Source of the DNA: Saccostrea cucullata
Lineage: Eukaryota
Assembly: GCF_032062105.1 (NCBI RefSeq)
Contig: NW_026938165.1
Span: forward strand, 62,001 to 115,816
DNA length: 53,816 nucleotides
Reading direction: 5' to 3'
Numbering within the stretch: the stretch's first letter is position 1; the number at the start of each line of letters is the position of its first letter. This document shows positions 49,204-53,816 of this stretch, piece after piece. The position numbers and the translations under genes are program-made. Under the pieces are notes generated by a model. The model worked only from the letters and a program-made list of their open reading frames with translations, was not told the origin of the DNA and searched no databases.

Positions 49204-52200
49204 ATGGCAACTCTCTCACAGGTAAATTTTATCTACAGTAGCGAATGTTAAAATAAATTGTTATGCTTGTGCAACGTGTATGTCAATTCAATTCACATTA
49301 TTCTAAATCTTTTTCATATTTAATATTGTAATGTTTTTTTCTGTTTATATATGTAAATATGCTACAGTTGTTTATAAAATAGGAATAGTATTTTTGTTTA
49401 TTTGATAAGCCCTAACCATGGTACCTGATTAGCGCCCTTATCTTGGAAGTCTAATTAGTGTCCTAATTAATATGGCGCTTATCAGATGCTAAATATATTA
49501 AGTGTCTTGACACCTAACAATGGTGCAGAGGCCCTAATACTTGGAGCCGATTGCCCTAATACGTGCCCTAATGATGGAGCCGATTGCCCTAACAGGGTGC
49601 CCTAATGATGGAGCCGATTGCCCTAACAAGTGCCCTAATGATGGAGCCTAACGCCCTAACGAGGTGCCCTAATTCACGTTAGGTGTCAGGCAGGGTATAT
49701 AAGGAGAGAGAGTCAGTGAGCAGATATACTAGAGATACATTGCTTGTACTGGATTGTAAACTACGTTTGGATATTAATAATACACTTGTTGAAACGAACT
49801 TTGTCGTTGTTCTGATGTTAGATCTATAAAGATCTAAAGTTCCTATCTTCTACACGGGATCCACAATATTTTGTGACGCGGGTAACAACAAACAACCCAT
49901 AGAGAGAAAAACGTTACAATTGGTGGCAGCGGTGGGATCCAAAGAAATTATTCTATGTGTAACACAGGAACGAGACAGCACAAAGTTTGAAATGGAGACA
50001 CCCATCGTAAAGAGGAGAATTACGCCTAGAAAGGTAGGACAGTACTTCGACAGTCCGGCTCCTCTGAATGACTCTGGAATAGAGGTCGATGCGGGGTGTA
50101 GAACAAGCTTGCAGCCCACAAGTCGAGTAATGCCAGACAATCCTAACTTTCAGGAGTTCGGGCAAAGCTCGCAGGGCCTTGCTGTTCAAAACGAGTACAA
50201 TCCAAGTCCAAGCTTAAAGAGAATCCTATTTATTTGGGTACTCTTTGCTTTGATAGGATGTTCCCTGATGGTGATGACCTGGATCTATTTTCCAGAGAAT
50301 GAGATCGTGCAGGAATCTAGAGAAAATGCAGTATTTTCTCTAATATCGATAATAAGTATGATATTGCTTGTTACGGTAATCAGCGTATTATGGAAGCATG
50401 GATCCGGTCTGCTGATTGCCAGTAAGAAAAGGGAAATTTCTTTGACACCTAATGATACACCCTATACTGGTCATAGTGCACTTAATGCCCCTACAGGTAC
50501 CTATCAGGAACCTAAGGTTTTTGGGCAATCTGGACGCACTACTCCTCATTTGGGCAATCAGTCCCCTCAGGGACTCGGGTGCAATTTTGAATTTCCTATG
50601 GCTGACGGAACACCTACAAACAGTCCTATGACAACAAATGCTGGTCAACGAACCAATGAATACCCAGTAAGGAGGACTTTCTCAGGGGCCAATGATGATG
50701 TTTGGGATGAGTTCCTACAATATTTTGGAAACATCTCAGAATTAAACTCATGGGGACCTGAGAAATCTCGCAGAGTCTTACTTAGCACCTTGCGAGGGCA
50801 GGCCGAGAGTTATGCCTATGGAATGCCCCTTACTGTACAGAAAGACTATGAGGAACTAAAAGAGAAAATGAATCAAAGATTTGGACATTCTGCAATGAAA
50901 GAAAAATATATTGCAGATGTCAAATTAAGGAGAAGAAAACCTGGCGAGTCCCTGCGAGATTTAGGACAGGCAATCGAAGATCTGTACCGAAGGGCCTATC
51001 CAGGAAATCCAGATTTAGTGGAAGAAAATGCTATACAGTCCTTCCTAGATAAGTGTGGACAATCTGAGGATTTCCGACTTGCAGTGAAACGGACCAGACC
51101 CAGGACACTCCAGGAAGCAGTTCTTAACGCGATGCAAGAAGAGTGCTTGCGGATTGGAGAAAAAGAATTGCCAAAGGAGACAAAACCAGGCTATAGGCCT
51201 GTGTATGAGATTGAAGTTGGGGAATTGAACGATGAAATAGCAGCTGCAGATACTGCCAAACCTCCAAGCGCGGGTGACGGATTCAACAGTATCTATAAAA
51301 ACATAAGAACCCCGAGTACATGTACTAGTGCAGGACCAGGGAGGAGGGGACGCCCTTACAACCCATGGAACCAGAGAGAAAGAGGAGGATTTATATCAAA
51401 TAACAGTTCTCGAGACCATAACTGTGTTGAAAAGAGAACTGTAAGGAATTATATTAACTAAGATGACTGATGCCGCAGGTCAGGTGTCAGTCAACCTTAC
51501 ACGGCCTATAACCTAGGGAGGAAAAGCCTATATTAAAAAAAGTGAAGAGAAAATGTTGAAGAAAAAAAGGCCAGGGAAATCCAAATGTGAAGCTACCAGT
51601 GTGATGAACATTTTTTTTTTATCTAGTGACATTTTATTTGATATAATTTTGTTGTTTTACTTTTTGTCTTTTTATTGATTGTTTGGCTTTTGTGTAATTT
51701 AATTTTACGTATAATTCATGTTCATGTTTTAAATATTAATGACAATGGAAGTCATGTTTCAAAAGGAGGGACCATTGTAATGTTTTTTTCTGTTTATATA
51801 TGTAAATATGCTACAGTTGTTTATAAAATAGGAATAGTATTTTTGTTTATTTGATAAGCCCTAACCATGGTACCTGATTAGCGCCCTTATCTTGGAAGTC
51901 TAATTAGTGTCCTAATTAATATGGCGCTTATCAGATGCTAAATATATTAAGTGTCTTGACACCTAACAATGGTGCAGAGGCCCTAATACTTGGAGCCGAT
52001 TGCCCTAATACGTGCCCTAATGATGGAGCCGATTGCCCTAACAGGGTGCCCTAATGATGGAGCCGATTGCCCTAACAAGTGCCCTAATGATGGAGCCTAA
52101 CGCCCTAACGAGGTGCCCTAATTCACGTTAGGTGTCAGGCAGGGTATATAAGGAGAGAGAGTCAGTGAGCAGATATACTAGAGATACATTGCTTGTACTG

Positions 52201-53816
52201 GATTGTAAACTACGTTTGGATATTAATAATACACTTGTTGAAACGAACTTTGTCGTTGTTCTGATGTTAGATCTATAAAGATCTAAAGTTCCTATCTTCT
52301 ACACGGGATCCACAATATTTTGTGACGCGGGTAACAACAAACAACCCATAGAGAGAAAAACGTTACAATATGATAAAAAATGACACTCATGCCGAATTTC
52401 CTCAGTACTTTAGTGAAAATAGTAGTATTCCCTATATAAAAATTCTGGTGTATGATCAGGATCTTGCATATTTATTTTCCATACTGGTGAACCTTTTAGA
52501 CTTATGTTTACTTCTGTCTGTTCTGGCCCTTCTGGGGCATTTTGTATATGCATTCAAAATGTTCAAGGTTTCATTGAATTTCAAGCAGTTGTAATAGTGC
52601 AACAACCCTTATCTTCTTAAGAATTGTATTGGCTTAAAAATTGAGGTAATGAAAAGCATTGCAAAGCACTGCCTGTCACAGCAAGTGGCACAATTAAAGC
52701 AGGGTTCGTCACCGAGTTCTTCAAAGCAGAGGAGTTTTGATCCAATTAATTTTTTTTCGCAGTTTCCTCTGCGCCCACAATCCATAGTGAAATGCATGTT
52801 GCCAAAAACTAGGTTCTCCTAATAATTAATAAATCATAGCAACAAAAGTTCAACAAAAAATAAAATATATTTATATAACCTTTATTTAATGGATATTGCA
52901 GATAAATACTAGTAAATAGTAGATTAAATGTTCTATAAAGTGAAACACTGTTTAGTTCAGTCTTGGTTTTGATAATGCAACTTCTTTCTTTCCTATATTT
53001 GAAAAAAAAAGCTGCAAAGAGAAGACTCTACAGAAGTGTGAGAGATGTCAAGATTTAAGAAAGAAACATTTAATTTTATTAGTTTTTTTTACAAAAATTT
53101 TTCAGAGAGTGCTTTGTTGTTCATCAAGATATAAAAGTCTTTCAAGGACATTTTGTACATCAGCTCAGCTCTGCAAAAATCTCAGATCCGGTAAAAAGCA
53201 GTATCCAAAGAAAGGAGAACACAACTTTACTTATGAGGAAATCAACCCTCCTTACACAATAGGAGTTAGAAAATCATGGAACTCATGGAACACAAGTAAG
53301 TATTTAAAGAGCTTGCAGTGAGTTTAAAGAGATATCGATGGTTTGTCCAATTAATAATAGTGACTCTTTTCTCATTAGAAAAGAGAAATGAAATTTTTTG
53401 GTATTTAATAAATCATGTAGTACAGTTTTTGAAGAGAAGGAAACAAATGAAACTCATGCAGATGTAGTGTATAATGGAAATTAAGAATACCAAATGAACC
53501 AAATAAAGCATAAATCATATGGGGCAAGTTTGGAGAGTATCATCATGGAATGTTATATACATGTAGAAGAAATTTCTCTTACATAAATTAATATTTCATA
53601 CTTACTGATTGTTTAATATGTATATTTTTCTGTTGTAGCTAATCTTCATGGAGAGACAGGAGCACCACAGATAATATTCGAAGATATTTTCATCCGGAAA
53701 TTCCTCGCAGGAACTTTTCCTTTAGTGTATGAGCCAGGGACTGAAATAATGATCAGAAGGAGACAAAATCTTATTGATATTACCATGGTGACAAAAGAAA
53801 CAACGAGGATGGGAAG
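49204..53816 (+). CDS. MRPS24: Mitochondrial ribosomal protein S24 (uS3m), runs off right end
   Basis: Exons 49204-49221 (MATLSQ, phase 0, tentative), 53106-53295 (..FTYEEINPPYTIGVRKSWNSWNT), 53639->53816 (NLHGE..FEDIFIRKFLAGTFP..IMIRRRQN). Confidence 0.88.
49327..49918 (+). repeat. 5' LTR
   Basis: TG...CA ends; TATA box gggtatataagg ~49693-49704; ~34-bp internal tandem repeats 49531-49675. Confidence 0.95.
49921..49938 (+). promoter_or_regulatory. Primer binding site, tRNA-Leu
   Basis: TGGTGGCAGCGGTGGGAT is complementary to the 3' end (ATCCCACCGCTGCCA-CCA) of animal tRNA-Leu(AAG/TAG) and lies 2 nt after the 5' LTR. Confidence 0.88.
49992..51461 (+). CDS. gag: Gag-like protein (489 aa from first ATG) with two N-terminal hydrophobic helices and a retrotransposon capsid domain; no zinc knuckle
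   Basis: Capsid-like FSGANDDVWDEFLQYF..LNSW..LLSTLRGQAESY..YEELKEKMNQRFG..RRRKPGESLRDLGQAIEDLYRRAYP..F..PRTLQEAV; hydrophobic segments at ~50223-50291 and ~50328-50393. Confidence 0.88.
   Translation: METPIVKRRITPRKVGQYFDSPAPLNDSGIEVDAGCRTSLQPTSRVMPDNPNFQEFGQSSQGLAVQNEYNPSPSLKRILFIWVLFALIGCSLMVMTWIYFPENEIVQESRENAVFSLISIISMILLVTVISVLWKHGSGLLIASKKREISLTPNDTPYTGHSALNAPTGTYQEPKVFGQSGRTTPHLGNQSPQGLGCNFEFPMADGTPTNSPMTTNAGQRTNEYPVRRTFSGANDDVWDEFLQYFGNISELNSWGPEKSRRVLLSTLRGQAESYAYGMPLTVQKDYEELKEKMNQRFGHSAMKEKYIADVKLRRRKPGESLRDLGQAIEDLYRRAYPGNPDLVEENAIQSFLDKCGQSEDFRLAVKRTRPRTLQEAVLNAMQEECLRIGEKELPKETKPGYRPVYEIEVGELNDEIAAADTAKPPSAGDGFNSIYKNIRTPSTCTSAGPGRRGRPYNPWNQRERGGFISNNSSRDHNCVEKRTVRNYIN
51761..51772 (+). 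promoter_or_regulatory. Polypurine tract
   Basis: aaaaggagggac immediately upstream of the 3' LTR. Confidence 0.75.
51776..52367 (+). repeat. 3' LTR
   Basis: Same sequence and length as the 5' LTR (constant offset 2449 at both ends). Confidence 0.95.

Larger units (their letters stand above)
49327..52367 (+). mobile_element. Intact non-autonomous Ty3/Gypsy-type LTR retrotransposon, gag-only, 3,041 bp
   Basis: LTRs 49327-49918 and 51776-52367 (592 bp each, TGTAA...TTACA, identical by eye); TSD ATAT (49323-26, 52368-71); PBS; PPT; single long ORF. Confidence 0.95.

Noticed and set aside
49920-49991. TTG-initiated 24-aa extension of Gag
   Set aside because: It overlaps the PBS; the first ATG at 49992 (gaaATGG) is in good context.
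50070-50090. DSGIEV as a beta-TrCP degron in the Gag leader
   Set aside because: Lacks the second Ser/Thr of DSGxxS; too short to support.
51462-51775. pol or env remnant after gag
   Set aside because: Short A-rich then T-rich sequence with stops and no protease, RT or integrase motifs recognisable.

Overview
AT-rich, intron-rich animal genomic DNA. The repeat content (Helentron-like HINE elements with GTCY microsatellites, a V-domain tRNA-SINE, Kolobok- and mariner-type MITEs) points to a bivalve, probably an oyster; this is an inference. Seven genes are reconstructed by hand from GT-AG exons. Six form three head-to-head pairs: MIB1(-)/CABLES(+), RFESD(-)/ADPRM(+) and SAR1(-)/MRPS24(+). The seventh is a secreted 4-domain Kazal protein (+). 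Three observations stand out. (1) A very young, intact 3,041-bp LTR retroelement sits in MRPS24 intron 1, with 592-bp LTRs identical by eye, an ATAT TSD, a tRNA-Leu PBS and a PPT. It has no pol or env and encodes only a 489-aa Gag with two transmembrane-like helices in front of the capsid domain. (2) SAR1 has a tandemly duplicated, frame-intact P-loop/switch-I exon that looks like a mutually exclusive exon. (3) Six phase-consistent exons of a foreign FN3-like repeat protein lie antisense inside a CABLES intron, where an expected CABLES exon could not be found. All coordinates were read by eye and no database searches were run.
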